A DNA stretch of 64,000 bases from assembly GCA_965216875.1 (NCBI GenBank), contig OZ244207.1, positions 6,976,001-7,040,000 of the forward strand, given 5' to 3'. The notes beneath the pieces were generated by a model. That model made no database searches, was not told the origin of the DNA, and was given only the letters and a program-made list of their open reading frames with translations. Positions within the stretch are counted from its first letter, which is position 1, and each line of letters begins with the position of its first letter. This DNA is from Rubripirellula sp. (GTDB taxonomy: Bacteria; Planctomycetota; Planctomycetia; Pirellulales; Pirellulaceae). Made by a program: the position numbers and the translations under genes. Shown piece after piece: positions 45,303 to 55,682 of this stretch.

Positions 45303-46745
45303 ATGAAACGCGGTAATGATTTCCAATCTTTGAGTCTTTTGACTGACCTTTATCAGTTGACCATGGGCTATGGGTATTGGAGTCACGGCCGCCACTCACA
45401 ACGCAGTGCCTTTCATCTCTTTTTTCGCACCTGCCCGTTCGGTGGCAATCACGCGATCTCTGCAGGTCTCGCAACCGCCGTCGATTGGCTTACCCAATTC
45501 GAGGTGGCCACCGAAGACGTTGAGTTTCTTGCGACGATCCAGGGAAACGACGGCAAGCCAATCTTTTCGCCAGCTTTTCTTGACGCCATCAACGGCATGA
45601 AACTCTCGGTCGATATCGATGCGATGCCCGAGGGGACGATCGTTTTTGGACACCAACCGATCGTCCGTGTGACAGGGCCTTTGTGGCAGTGTCAATGGAT
45701 CGAAACGGCACTGCTGAACATCATCAACTTTCAAACGCTGATCGCGACCAAAGCCTCGCGTGTCTGCGCGGCTGCAAGTGGCGATTCGGTTCTTGAATTC
45801 GGATTGCGACGCGCCCAGGGAATCGATGGTGCCCTAAGTGCCTCACGCGCCGCCTACATCGGCGGATGCCACGCGACAAGCAACGTCTTGGCGGGCAAAC
45901 GTTTCGGCATTCCTGTCAAAGGAACCCTTGCGCACAGCTGGGTGATGTCGTTTGATGACGAACAGGAGTCGTTCGAAGCGTACGCCAAGGTGCTGCCTAA
46001 CAACTGTGTCTTTCTTGTTGACACCTACGACACGATCGAGGGCGTCAAGAAAGCGATCGAAGTCGGCAAGCAGCTTCGCGATTCAGGGCACAAGATGATG
46101 GGCATTCGCCTCGATTCGGGAGACCTCGCACAGCTCAGCAAAGACTCGCGCACACTGCTTGATGAAGCCGGTTTTGAAGATGCCGCGATCGTTGCGAGCA
46201 ACGATTTGGACGAACACTCGATTGCCGAACTCAAACGCGACGGAGCGACCATCGCGATCTGGGGCGTCGGTACAAACCTCGTCACCGCACGTGATCAGCC
46301 GGCACTCGGAGGCGTGTACAAGTTGGCTGCGATCGAAGATGAATCGGGGACCTGGCAGCCTCGTATTAAGTTGTCCGAGTCGGCCATCAAGACATCGATC
46401 CCTGGCATCTTGCAGGTGCGTCGCTACAAACGCGATGGGAAGCTGATTGGGGATGTCATCCATAGCGAATTGACGGGCCAACCTGAATCGCAAACAGTCG
46501 CGTTGGATGCAAAGACGGCGATCGATGTTGGCGAATCAGACCAATACGAAGATCTCTTACAGCCCGTCTTGCGAGATGGAAAGTTAGTTCAAGAGCTGCC
46601 CAGTCTCGATCAGGTACGGGAATACGCATCAGCCCAACGCGATCAGTTTGCCGAGTCGATGAAGGATCGAGAGGCCTATCCCATCGGACTCGAGCCAGCG
46701 CTACACGAACAAAAACAGGCGTTGATCAAAGCGGCACGCGCGTAG
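45303..46745 (+). CDS. pncB: Nicotinate phosphoribosyltransferase
   Basis: LLTDLYQLTM, EFGLRRAQG, GTLAHSW, LVDTYDT, IRLDSGDL, ASNDLDE, GGVYKL. Confidence 0.96.
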   Translation: MKRGNDFQSLSLLTDLYQLTMGYGYWSHGRHSQRSAFHLFFRTCPFGGNHAISAGLATAVDWLTQFEVATEDVEFLATIQGNDGKPIFSPAFLDAINGMKLSVDIDAMPEGTIVFGHQPIVRVTGPLWQCQWIETALLNIINFQTLIATKASRVCAAASGDSVLEFGLRRAQGIDGALSASRAAYIGGCHATSNVLAGKRFGIPVKGTLAHSWVMSFDDEQESFEAYAKVLPNNCVFLVDTYDTIEGVKKAIEVGKQLRDSGHKMMGIRLDSGDLAQLSKDSRTLLDEAGFEDAAIVASNDLDEHSIAELKRDGATIAIWGVGTNLVTARDQPALGGVYKLAAIEDESGTWQPRIKLSESAIKTSIPGILQVRRYKRDGKLIGDVIHSELTGQPESQTVALDAKTAIDVGESDQYEDLLQPVLRDGKLVQELPSLDQVREYASAQRDQFAESMKDREAYPIGLEPALHEQKQALIKAARA

Positions 46746-46872
46746 GTCATGCTCTGCATGACACGTGTTTTACCCCGTGAGCCGCTCGCGCTAGCGTCGG
46801 GCCCTAGACTCCGTCGGCCCCTACACTCCAAGACACCTAATCTGAACACTTGTCATGCGGAGCATGACCTAC
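46742..46872. repeat. GTAGGTCATGC-family REP doublet enclosing another REP arm
   Basis: GTAGGTCATGCTCTGCATGACA (46742) ... TGTCATGCGGAGCATGACCTAC (ends 46872). Confidence 0.85.
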
Positions 46873-48632
46873 TTTTGTGATGCGATCCAGGAATCGATTC
46901 GCTTCTCCAACAGTGGCAGCGGGATCGAACCAGCTTCGAGCACTCGATCGTGAAAGCTCCGCACGTCGAATCGATCGCCCAGCTCCCGTTCGGCCTTTGC
47001 GCGCAATCGTGAAATCATAAGCTCACCCGTTTTATAGGCGAGCGCTTGCCCAGGCCAACCGATGTAGCGATCGACTTCGGCGACGATATTATGTGCACTC
47101 AGCGCTGTGTTCTCGGTCATGTAGTCAATGGCTTGTTGGCGCGTCCAACCCATCGCATGGATTCCGGTATCGACGACCAACCGACTTGCTCGCCACGCCT
47201 CCATGCTTAGTCGGCCAAAGTCTTGGTAGGGATCTTCATAGAAACCGATCTCTTTACCGATGCGTTCACTGTAAAGCGCCCAGCCTTCGATAAAGGCGGT
47301 CATGTCACTCTCACGACTGATGGGATGCAACTCGGTGAGTTCGGCTTGCAAAGCGAGTTGCAGATGATGTCCTGGGACCGCTTCGTGTAACGAGAGGGCT
47401 TCGAGTTGGTAAAGCGGCCTCGACGAAAGGTTGTACGTGTTGACGTAATAGAACCCGGCTCGCGTTCCATCGGTTGCGGGCGGCCAGTAGTACGCGGCGG
47501 TGGTTTGCGGGGCGATGTAGGCAGGGATTTCCATGATCCCATAAGGAGTGCGTGGCAGTTTGCCAAACAATTCGGGAAGCCGCCCGTCCGCTCGCTTCAG
47601 GATCAACGCGACTTCTTTCATCAACTCTTCAGGTGTCTCGGGATAAAACTTGGGATCGGTGCGCAGGTGCGTCAGGAACGCTTTCAGATCCCCTTCGAAG
47701 CCAACCGATTCGCGAATCGCTTCCATCTCGCTGCGGATTCGGGCGTTTTCTGCGACACCCGTTTCGTGGATCTGCTCGGGGGTCAACTCGAGGGTTGTGA
47801 ATCGTTCGATTCGATCGCGATAGAATGCTCGACCATCCGGCAAAGCGGAGGCGCCAATCGGGCCACGCAAGGCGGGCAAGTATTCCTTTTTTAGAAACTC
47901 GGCAAAGCGTTTGTAGGCGGGGACCACCGACTCTTTGATTGCTGCACGGATTTCATCAGCGATGGATGCCCATTGCTCGTCCCCGAGTTTCTCAATCGAC
48001 TCTTTGCTGATGTTCTTTAGAAACAGCGACTTGTTGGGGTTATCAACAATGTGGGCTTCCGTTTGCGAGAGCGTCCCTCGCATGATGATGGCGGGCTGGG
48101 TGTAGCCCTTTTCGATACCCAATCGCAGCAGCGCGATCTGTTGGTCCGTGTATCGGCCAAAGTCGCGAAGACGCGCGACGTAGTTGTCAAAGTCCGCCTC
48201 GGACTTGGGGTTCATCAGTCGCGGCAATTCAGGAAACGAAGTGTGAAAACCGCTTCGATTGCTGATGCCAATCAGGTGAACGTTGAATTTGATGTCAGAC
48301 AATTGTCCGACGAGTCGCCGACGCAGGAGTTCGTAGTCGATTTGGGCGAACTCGGACAAATCGTTTGGATTGATGCCCTCGAGTCGTTTAAGGAACTCGC
48401 GTCGAGCGCCCGTGCGCCGCTCGATCGCTTGAAGGCTGTCGTCGGCCAAGCGATCTTGGCCGCGGGAATCGCCAATGTTGGTCGCCAGCATCGGCGACTC
48501 GACGATTTCAAATTCCCAGACCTCATCGAGTAGTCGGCGCAATGGAGCGTCATTTGGCTCGGCAGCCGATGTCAGGGAGGCCAACGCGGCGACGTTTGCG
48601 AAGACGACGGAGATCAAGAGCGTGCGGAACAT
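46869..48632 (-). CDS. DUF885-family exported protein (putative metallopeptidase-like)
   Basis: LHEAVPGHHLQ, FIEGWALYSE, WRASRLVVDTGIH, EVDRYIGWPGQALAYKTG, FHD; signal peptide. Confidence 0.92.
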   Translation of the reverse strand: MFRTLLISVVFANVAALASLTSAAEPNDAPLRRLLDEVWEFEIVESPMLATNIGDSRGQDRLADDSLQAIERRTGARREFLKRLEGINPNDLSEFAQIDYELLRRRLVGQLSDIKFNVHLIGISNRSGFHTSFPELPRLMNPKSEADFDNYVARLRDFGRYTDQQIALLRLGIEKGYTQPAIIMRGTLSQTEAHIVDNPNKSLFLKNISKESIEKLGDEQWASIADEIRAAIKESVVPAYKRFAEFLKKEYLPALRGPIGASALPDGRAFYRDRIERFTTLELTPEQIHETGVAENARIRSEMEAIRESVGFEGDLKAFLTHLRTDPKFYPETPEELMKEVALILKRADGRLPELFGKLPRTPYGIMEIPAYIAPQTTAAYYWPPATDGTRAGFYYVNTYNLSSRPLYQLEALSLHEAVPGHHLQLALQAELTELHPISRESDMTAFIEGWALYSERIGKEIGFYEDPYQDFGRLSMEAWRASRLVVDTGIHAMGWTRQQAIDYMTENTALSAHNIVAEVDRYIGWPGQALAYKTGELMISRLRAKAERELGDRFDVRSFHDRVLEAGSIPLPLLEKRIDSWIASQK

Positions 48633-48856
48633 TCGGAATCCAATCGGTGGGAGGCCTGCGCCGTGCATCGGTCGTTCGCTGCAGTGGACCGACAGAATCA
48701 AAGTCGCTGGTCGCAGGGGCACTGGCTATCGGGATGCTGGTTGCAGGATCTGCGTGGGAGCATCAAGGTATCGTAACCCAAGGCGAACCGCACGCGTTGT
48801 GGATGGCTCTTTTTGTGTAAAGAGCTGGTTTTGCAATTCTGACGATGGAGAACGGT

Positions 48857-49450
48857 ATGCGGGTCTTACTTCTGATTGATATTCAAAACGACTTTTTGCC
48901 GGGCGGGGCGTTGGCAGTGCCCGATGGAGATGCGGTGATTGAGGTTGCTAACCAGATTGCATCCGAAGTGGATCATGTCGTTGCCAGCCAGGATTGGCAC
49001 CCGGCCAGTCACGGCAGTTTCGCAAGCCAACATGGTTTGAATGTCGGTGAAACCTTCACGCTCGGCGATCTGCCGCAAGTCGCTTGGCCCGATCATTGCA
49101 TCGAGGACTCTTCAGGAGCCGAGCTGGCCGCCGCCCTGGACCTTTCACAGATCAATCATGTGGTGCGCAAGGGTACCGATCCCGAGATTGATTCCTACAG
49201 CGCGTTTTTTGACAATGGCCACAAGCGATCGACCGGTTTGCACGACTATCTACAGCAGATTGGTGCGACGGAACTTGTCGTCCTCGGTTTGGCGACGGAC
49301 TACTGCGTCAAGTTCACGGTGCTCGATGCACTTGAGCTGGGCTATCCGACAACGGTCAAGCTTTCCGGTTGCCGCGGCGTTGACCTCAATGCAGGTGATG
49401 TCAATGCCGCCATCGAGCAGATGCGCGAAGCGGGAGCGGCAATCGCGTAG
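48857..49450 (+). CDS. pncA: Nicotinamidase/pyrazinamidase
   Basis: IDIQNDFLPGGALAV, DWHPASHGSF, WPDHC, KG..DSYSAF, GLATDYCV. Confidence 0.95.
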   Translation: MRVLLLIDIQNDFLPGGALAVPDGDAVIEVANQIASEVDHVVASQDWHPASHGSFASQHGLNVGETFTLGDLPQVAWPDHCIEDSSGAELAAALDLSQINHVVRKGTDPEIDSYSAFFDNGHKRSTGLHDYLQQIGATELVVLGLATDYCVKFTVLDALELGYPTTVKLSGCRGVDLNAGDVNAAIEQMREAGAAIA

Positions 49451-49531
49451 GCCGGATCAAGGAGCGAGAGCGACACAGATCCGGCATCGTCCCAATCCAC
49501 TTTCCCCCACGCTCTGGCGAGCGTAGCTACG
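49447..49531. repeat. Two REP arms downstream of pncA
   Basis: GTAGGCCGGATC...GATCCGGCA (49447-49486) and CCACGCTCTGGCGAGCGTAGCTAC (49507-49530). Confidence 0.75.
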
Positions 49532-49598
49532 GTGCACTGGGGCGACTATCATGTGCAGCCTTCCCTCCCCCACCCTCCTGCCCATGGTCTTGTTGCCG

Positions 49599-50369
49599 AT
49601 GACTCTCTTGTCTCGTTTGATGCTGCCGGCGCTTAGCCTTGCTGTTCTTTGCACTTCAACGTTCGCCCAGGATGATGTCCTTGCGCCCTATCGGGACGCG
49701 GCGGTAGAACGCTGGGAGGACGACATCAAGAAGTTAGAAGCGTTAGACGAATTGACCGAGGATCCAGCTGGCGGCATCCTGTTCTTGGGCAGTAGTAGTA
49801 TTCGCCGTTGGGACACGATCGCCACTGACATGTCGCCCTACCCTGCCATCAAACGCGGGTATGGCGGTGCCAAGTACAGTGACTTGGCTGTGTACGCGGA
49901 ACGTTTGATTCGTCCGCATCGATATCGCGGCGTCGTCATCTTCGTCGGCAATGATGTCTCCGGTAAAGATTCGGATCACACGCCGGATCAGGTTGAGCAG
50001 CTAGTGCGTCACGTCTTGAAGGTTTCACAGCGCCATTCGCCCTCGTCGCCGGTGCTTTTGATCGAGGTGACACCGACCGAAAAACGTTGGAATGTGTGGG
50101 GCAAGATTCGCGCGGTGAACGCCCGCTTGAGAGAGATCGCACTGACGACCGAGAACACGTACTTCATTGCAACCGCCGAGCACTATTTGACGCCCGCCGG
50201 ATTGCCTCGCTCGGAACTTTTCGTCGAAGACAAACTCCATTTGAACGAACAGGGGTACGACCTCTGGTCGACGCTGATTCGTCGTCGCTTGGACGATGTG
50301 TTCCGTCAAACTGCCGCGGCCGAAGCGTCGGCGCAAAGTGCGCAAGATGAGGCGGCTTCGCCGCAGTGA
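49599..50369 (+). CDS. SGNH/GDSL hydrolase, exported
   Basis: FLGSSSIRRW, RGYGG, GND, DKLHLN; signal peptide. Confidence 0.88.
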   Translation: MTLLSRLMLPALSLAVLCTSTFAQDDVLAPYRDAAVERWEDDIKKLEALDELTEDPAGGILFLGSSSIRRWDTIATDMSPYPAIKRGYGGAKYSDLAVYAERLIRPHRYRGVVIFVGNDVSGKDSDHTPDQVEQLVRHVLKVSQRHSPSSPVLLIEVTPTEKRWNVWGKIRAVNARLREIALTTENTYFIATAEHYLTPAGLPRSELFVEDKLHLNEQGYDLWSTLIRRRLDDVFRQTAAAEASAQSAQDEAASPQ

Positions 50370-50516
50370 CGAGGCTGCGAAGTCGGACGGAACAGTTTCA
50401 CGATGAATTATTTGCGTTTCACAGCCTTTTCTTTCGTTTCATTGGCTGATTTGCAAGCACACCCGCGTGATTTCAGGTTGTGATCTGGCGAAGCCAATTC
50501 GTACACTCCGCCTGCA

Positions 50517-53500
50517 GTGCGTTTGGCCGGTGTGGGTCAAACCAATCAGGATTTCCGGAGAGAAGACGCGACTTTGGTCGGCACGGAAGCCACCGTTGAC
50601 TCGCCGAACAGCAAGATTTGGCAAAGGAAGCCAAGCCTTGCGTTTGCTGCTGCGCGGTTCCTGGTCGCGGCAACGCTTCTTTTTGTCGCTCTCAACACGC
50701 GCGCCACGTTTGCCCAAGAAGTCGCAGCGGATCTCTTGGAAGTGCGTGGCGATTCGATCTACCGATGGCAGATTGGCGATGCCGATGCATCGCTGCTGCA
50801 AGGCGAGTGTGTGATTCAACAGGGTGGCGATCGCATCGAAGCCGAGTCGGTGCTCTTGGTCGTTGACGGTCCTATTGGAAACGTTCGCAACCGGCTAGTG
50901 ATACAAGAGCCGAGCAAGGATGGGATCGCCGTTCGCCCCCGTGCGCTGACGGTTCGCACATTGGACGAGCCCAAAATCCATTCACCGCGATACCTCAAAG
51001 CACCCGACGAGAAACCGAAGCTACTCAACTATTTGCCCGATTCGTTTGACACGCCGCTGGACGACATTGGCTCGCAACCGCAGCGCAAACCCGAGTTGGT
51101 TGAACCCGTTCAATTTGAACAATCCATTCCGGCTGCCGATGGCAGTGTCGTTGAGCCGGAGACGAGCGGTTCGCCGTTTAAGTTTTTTGTCGGTGGAGGA
51201 ACACGCGCCCTCGAAATCTCCGGACGCAACAGCGCTGCACCTGCGCTCACCGAAACCATCAACCGTCCAGAGAGCAACGAGACAGTGATCCTGTCTCGCG
51301 GCGGCGTGACGATCCGAATCAACGATGTGTCAGCACAACTGCCATCAGGCGAGCTGATGGAGTTTGGTTCGGTGACTCTCTCGGCCGACCGGGTTGTCGC
51401 TTGGTTGCCACTTGCGAGCAAGCTTCTCAGTGGCGACGCCAACTGGTCGGACGCGCCGGGTGAACTCTATTTGGAAGGCGACATCGTCTTCCGCCAAGGT
51501 GAGCGGATCGTTTACGCCGAGGCGATGTACTACAACATCGCCGCCGAAGTTGGCATGGTGCTTGACGCCGAAGCGATCACCACGATTCCCGAGTTTCAGG
51601 GTGTCGTGCGTTTGAAGGCGGATGTGCTTCAGCAGGTTTCGAAAGGAAACTTCGTTGCCTTTGATGCGGCCGTGACCAGCAGCCGAATGGGAGTGCCGCG
51701 GTACTGGTTGCAGAGCCAGCGATTGTCATTGACCGATCGTGAACAGATCATCGCCGATCCCGAGACAGGCGCGCCGACGATCGACCGCGAACCGTTTGTG
51801 ACCAGCAGCAACAACTTTGTTTACATGGGAGGCGTACCGCTTCTCTACTGGCCGACGTTCTCAACCACACTCGAAAAGCCGTCGTTCTACGTCTCGGGCA
51901 TCAACATCAAGAACGACAATGTCTTTGGAACTCAGGTCGGCCTCGATTTCGACATCTTTCAGATCTTTGGTGTCGATAATCCGCCCAAGGGTGTCGACTG
52001 GGATCTGTCACTCGACTATCTGAGCAAACGTGGTCCCGCGATCGGGACGACTCTCGACTATCGCGTCAAATCGTTGCTTGGTGTCGAAGGCCCAGTGATC
52101 GGATTCTTGGATGCTTGGGTGATCGACGATACAGGCTTGGATACCCTCGGTCGCGGGCGGCGAGACATTGTTCCTGACAAACGGACGCGCGGTCGCGCTC
52201 TGCTACGTCATCGTCACTACCTGCCGCGTGACTTCGAATTCATTGCCGAAGTGGGGTGGATCAGTGATCGCAACTTCCTTGAGCAATACCTCGAGAACGA
52301 ATGGGATCGCGATCTCGATCATCGTACGGCGCTTCGGTTGAGGCGCTACTGGCACAGCCACATGCTTGACCTTTCCGCGAAGGCGCAAGTCAACGACTTC
52401 TTTACCGAAGACGAACAGCTTCCTCAGCTCGACCATTATTTGCTCGGCGGCTCGATCCTCAACGATTGGCTAACGTGGTCGGCTCACAGCAAGGTTGGCT
52501 ACAACCGGCTTAACGTTTCTGACGCGGCCGTGACGACTGTTCCGGGCGAGGTCGACGCGAAAGGGGTTGTCGCCGCGACACGTCACGAGTTGGCTATGCC
52601 GTTGAACATCGGGCCGGTGAAAGTCGTTCCGAACGTTTCCGGCGAAATCTCGCACTATGGTGAAGCTGCCAACGGCGAATCGCTCAATCGAACACTCGGC
52701 CAAGCCGGTGTACGCGCCAGTTTGCAGATGTGGCGGTTTGATCCAGGTGTCCAAAGTAGCCTGCTGAATGTTCGCGGGCTGGCACACAAGATGGAATGGA
52801 CGGCCGAATACTTTTACGCCGACAGCGATACCAATCTCGATGAACTGCCGCTGTATGACCCGCTCGATGACAATGCCCAGGAAGAGTTTCGACGTCGGTT
52901 CATCTTCGATACCTTTGGCGGAGTGTTACCCGATCGCTTTGATCCTCGGACCTACGCACTCCGGCATGGTTTTCAAAGTTTGGTTGCCAGCCCAAGTGAT
53001 GTGATCGCCGACGACCTCCAGCAGTTCCGGTTTGGGTTGAACCAACGTTGGCAGACACGTCGCGGTTTGCCAGGGCGGGATCGCATTGTCGACTTGTTCG
53101 AATTGAACATGGACGTGTTGTTGTACCCCAAGCAAGACCGCGACAACTTTGGGGAAACACTGGGGCCAGCAACCTATGATGTGAAATACAACATCGGTGA
53201 TCGTGTCACATTGTTGAGCGACGGCTACATCGACTTCTTCGATGACGGGTTGCGATCGATCAGTGCCGGCTTCCGAACGAGTCGACCAGGATTGGGTGAC
53301 GCGTATATCGGACTGCTCTCGCTCGAGGGTCCGATCAGCAGTACCGTTTTGCGAGGCACGCTCGACTATCGATTGAACGAAAAATGGATCGTTTCAACAG
53401 GGACGACCTATGACTTTGGTTCGGTCGGCAACGTTGGCCAGACGGTTGCCTTGACTCGAATCGGAGAGTCGTTGTTGTTGCGTGTTGGTCTGAACATCGA

Positions 53501-53621
53501 CGATGGCCGAAACAACACGAGTGTTGGTTTTTCGGTCGAACCGCGGTTGTTCCCTTCACGTAAACGCGGGCGACTTGGTGGTCAGTTGATTCCGCCACCA
53601 GGAGTTGAGGGACTCGAATGA
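50517..53621 (+). CDS. lptD: LPS-assembly outer-membrane protein LptD/OstA-like
   Basis: YLEGDIVFRQG...YYN, GVPLLYWP, DYLSKRG, SDRNFLEQY; long beta-strand-rich C-terminus. Start uncertain. Confidence 0.75.
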   Translation: MRLAGVGQTNQDFRREDATLVGTEATVDSPNSKIWQRKPSLAFAAARFLVAATLLFVALNTRATFAQEVAADLLEVRGDSIYRWQIGDADASLLQGECVIQQGGDRIEAESVLLVVDGPIGNVRNRLVIQEPSKDGIAVRPRALTVRTLDEPKIHSPRYLKAPDEKPKLLNYLPDSFDTPLDDIGSQPQRKPELVEPVQFEQSIPAADGSVVEPETSGSPFKFFVGGGTRALEISGRNSAAPALTETINRPESNETVILSRGGVTIRINDVSAQLPSGELMEFGSVTLSADRVVAWLPLASKLLSGDANWSDAPGELYLEGDIVFRQGERIVYAEAMYYNIAAEVGMVLDAEAITTIPEFQGVVRLKADVLQQVSKGNFVAFDAAVTSSRMGVPRYWLQSQRLSLTDREQIIADPETGAPTIDREPFVTSSNNFVYMGGVPLLYWPTFSTTLEKPSFYVSGINIKNDNVFGTQVGLDFDIFQIFGVDNPPKGVDWDLSLDYLSKRGPAIGTTLDYRVKSLLGVEGPVIGFLDAWVIDDTGLDTLGRGRRDIVPDKRTRGRALLRHRHYLPRDFEFIAEVGWISDRNFLEQYLENEWDRDLDHRTALRLRRYWHSHMLDLSAKAQVNDFFTEDEQLPQLDHYLLGGSILNDWLTWSAHSKVGYNRLNVSDAAVTTVPGEVDAKGVVAATRHELAMPLNIGPVKVVPNVSGEISHYGEAANGESLNRTLGQAGVRASLQMWRFDPGVQSSLLNVRGLAHKMEWTAEYFYADSDTNLDELPLYDPLDDNAQEEFRRRFIFDTFGGVLPDRFDPRTYALRHGFQSLVASPSDVIADDLQQFRFGLNQRWQTRRGLPGRDRIVDLFELNMDVLLYPKQDRDNFGETLGPATYDVKYNIGDRVTLLSDGYIDFFDDGLRSISAGFRTSRPGLGDAYIGLLSLEGPISSTVLRGTLDYRLNEKWIVSTGTTYDFGSVGNVGQTVALTRIGESLLLRVGLNIDDGRNNTSVGFSVEPRLFPSRKRGRLGGQLIPPPGVEGLE

Positions 53622-53989
53622 CGTCGCCACTGCAACGTTGGAAGAAGCGATTTGCTTACGCGTTTGCAGGGCTCTTTCGGTCCATTCGGACGGAACCAAG
53701 CTTTTGGGTGCACTGCCCCGCCGCTGTGTTGGCCCTCGCGTTGGCGTGGTGGCTGCAATTGGAAACGTGGCGTTTCCTCGCGATCATTCTGGCCATTGGA
53801 GGCGTCTTTGCCGCAGAGCTGCTGAACACGGCGATTGAAACGATCGCCAAAGCGCTGCATCCCGAGGACCATCCCCAAATCGGTCACGCGCTCGATGCGG
53901 CCGCTGCTGCTGTGCTCGTCACCGCGTTGACCTCCGTGGTGATCGGTGTGGTTGTCTTCGCAATGCCGCTTTGGAAGTTGGTGCAGTAA
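53618..53989 (+). CDS. dgkA: Diacylglycerol/undecaprenol kinase family
   Basis: FAYAFAGL...EPSFWVH, AELLNTAIE, DAAAAAVL. Confidence 0.9.
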   Translation: MTSPLQRWKKRFAYAFAGLFRSIRTEPSFWVHCPAAVLALALAWWLQLETWRFLAIILAIGGVFAAELLNTAIETIAKALHPEDHPQIGHALDAAAAAVLVTALTSVVIGVVVFAMPLWKLVQ

Positions 53990-54022
53990 GCGAGTTCCGG
54001 TTTTCCAGCGACACTCGCATTC

Positions 54023-54220
54023 AAACCCCTCCTTTTCAAGGAGGGTCGGGCGCCAAAGCCCGGGGAGGATTCGTTGCGACTCGGTTAAGCGGCCGGGCTT
54101 TGCACTCTTTTGCGCACCTCGCAGGGCCCGACGCTAGCGCGTGCGGCTCAGTGAATGTCGCCTTTCGCTCCGCGCAAGTTGCGTGACTCCTGTTCGTAGC
54201 TACCTTCGCCAGAAGGTGGT
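54023..54220. repeat. Mosaic cluster of REP-like arms
   Basis: CCCTCCTTTTCAAGGAGGG hairpin; GGCCCGACGCTAGCGCGTGCGGCTCA; TTCGTAGCTACCTTCGCCAGAAGGTGG. Confidence 0.75.
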
Positions 54221-54242
54221 TAGAAGGTCACGCCCCGCAGCA

Positions 54243-54569
54243 CTAGGTGGTTTGGTCGATGACCCAGTCGCGGTAACCGCCGCTCGAGTCGTCGATTTCG
54301 AACATCACGATCTGTGGTTCCTCATAGGGATGCAGTTGGTCGAGTTTGTCCTTCAGACTCGGCCAAGCGGCGGTCGAGGATTTGATCGCCAAGCGGTATT
54401 CCGTTTCGCAGGCGAGTTTTCCAGCCCAGCGGTAGTGACTGCTAACCGGGCCATCCACCTGGACACACGCGGCAAGGCATTGATCCACGAGGGCTTTGGC
54501 TAGCCGGTCGGCGTCGTCTGAAGAGGCAACGGTGGTCAGCACCATGATCAATCGTATGGACTCATTCAT
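54243..54569 (-). CDS. cutA: Divalent-cation tolerance protein CutA
   Basis: LAACVQ, SHYRWAG, HPYEEPQI, YRDW. Confidence 0.93.
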   Translation of the reverse strand: MNESIRLIMVLTTVASSDDADRLAKALVDQCLAACVQVDGPVSSHYRWAGKLACETEYRLAIKSSTAAWPSLKDKLDQLHPYEEPQIVMFEIDDSSGGYRDWVIDQTT

Positions 54570-54804
54570 CGCGATCGACTCGCATTGAGAAGCGAAACAG
54601 GAAGGCGGGGAACCGTCCTTTTCATTCTAATCGTCGTAACCGGTCGTGATGGCCCCGGCCTACGACGAGAACGATTTTTGGATGAGACGCATCGCCTGCA
54701 CTGGCAACTAGCTTAAAGCACTGGCAACGAGCACGAAGGAATCAGAAACGCCGGATCCCCTGACGAAGTGTCTTGGTCGCAAGCTGACCGAACTCGAAAA
54801 TCAT

Positions 54805-55680
54805 ATGCGCAAACTCAAACTGATCGTACTGCTGACAGCATTCATCCCGCCAAATTCGGTTTGGGCAGAGGGAGTTGTGGTCGAAGACGCTCAAGTGTCA
54901 CTCATTCAAAATACGTTCGTTGCGGCGCCGATTTCGGGTGTCGTCGCGGCTGTCAAAACCCATGAAGGTGCGACCGCTTCCAGCGGCGACGTCTTGGTCG
55001 CTCTTGACGACGATCAGGCACGCACGGAGCTCGAAGCGGCAACGGCTGCCTTCGACGCGGCGCGGTTGGAAAGCGACAATGATGTCGATGCCCGCTACGC
55101 CACACGCACACTTGAAGTGCGTAAGAAGGAATTGGAACAGAGCCTCGAAGCCAACGCGGGACTCGCCGGCGTGATCAGCGAAACGGAGATCGAAACGCAG
55201 CGGTTGGTTGTCGACCAAGCTCGGTTGGCAATTGAGCAAGCAATGCATCAGCAAAACGTCGCCGCCGCTCGAGCTGTCGAAAAGCAAGCGGCAGTGAAGA
55301 TGGCCAAGGCCAAGGTCGACAAGCACCTCGTTCGAGCTCCTGTGACCGGTGCCGTCGTGGAAGTCGTCGTGGAACCGGGGGAATGGGTCGAAGTCGGCAA
55401 GCCGATCGTTCGCCTGATCTCACTCAATCCAATCCGCGTTGAATGCTTCATTGATGGACACAAACATGGTCCCGAACTGACGGGGCGTCGCGTCGAGTTC
55501 TACATCGAGAACAGGCCGACTCAATCGAGTGACGCGACGAAGCTTGTTGGCGAAGTCGCTTTTGTCTCCCCAGAGCTCAATCCAATCACCGGCGAAGTGC
55601 GCCTTTGGGCGACGGTCGAAAACCCCGACCGCGCCGTCCGAGCGGGAATGAAGGGGCGTTTGGTGATTCTGTCGGAGTAG
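54805..55680 (+). CDS. HlyD-family membrane-fusion (periplasmic adaptor) protein
   Basis: APISGVV...LVALDD, coiled hairpin, RAPVTGAV...GEWVEVG, FVSPE, VENPD...GM. Confidence 0.85.
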   Translation: MRKLKLIVLLTAFIPPNSVWAEGVVVEDAQVSLIQNTFVAAPISGVVAAVKTHEGATASSGDVLVALDDDQARTELEAATAAFDAARLESDNDVDARYATRTLEVRKKELEQSLEANAGLAGVISETEIETQRLVVDQARLAIEQAMHQQNVAAARAVEKQAAVKMAKAKVDKHLVRAPVTGAVVEVVVEPGEWVEVGKPIVRLISLNPIRVECFIDGHKHGPELTGRRVEFYIENRPTQSSDATKLVGEVAFVSPELNPITGEVRLWATVENPDRAVRAGMKGRLVILSE

Positions 55681-55682
55681 GC

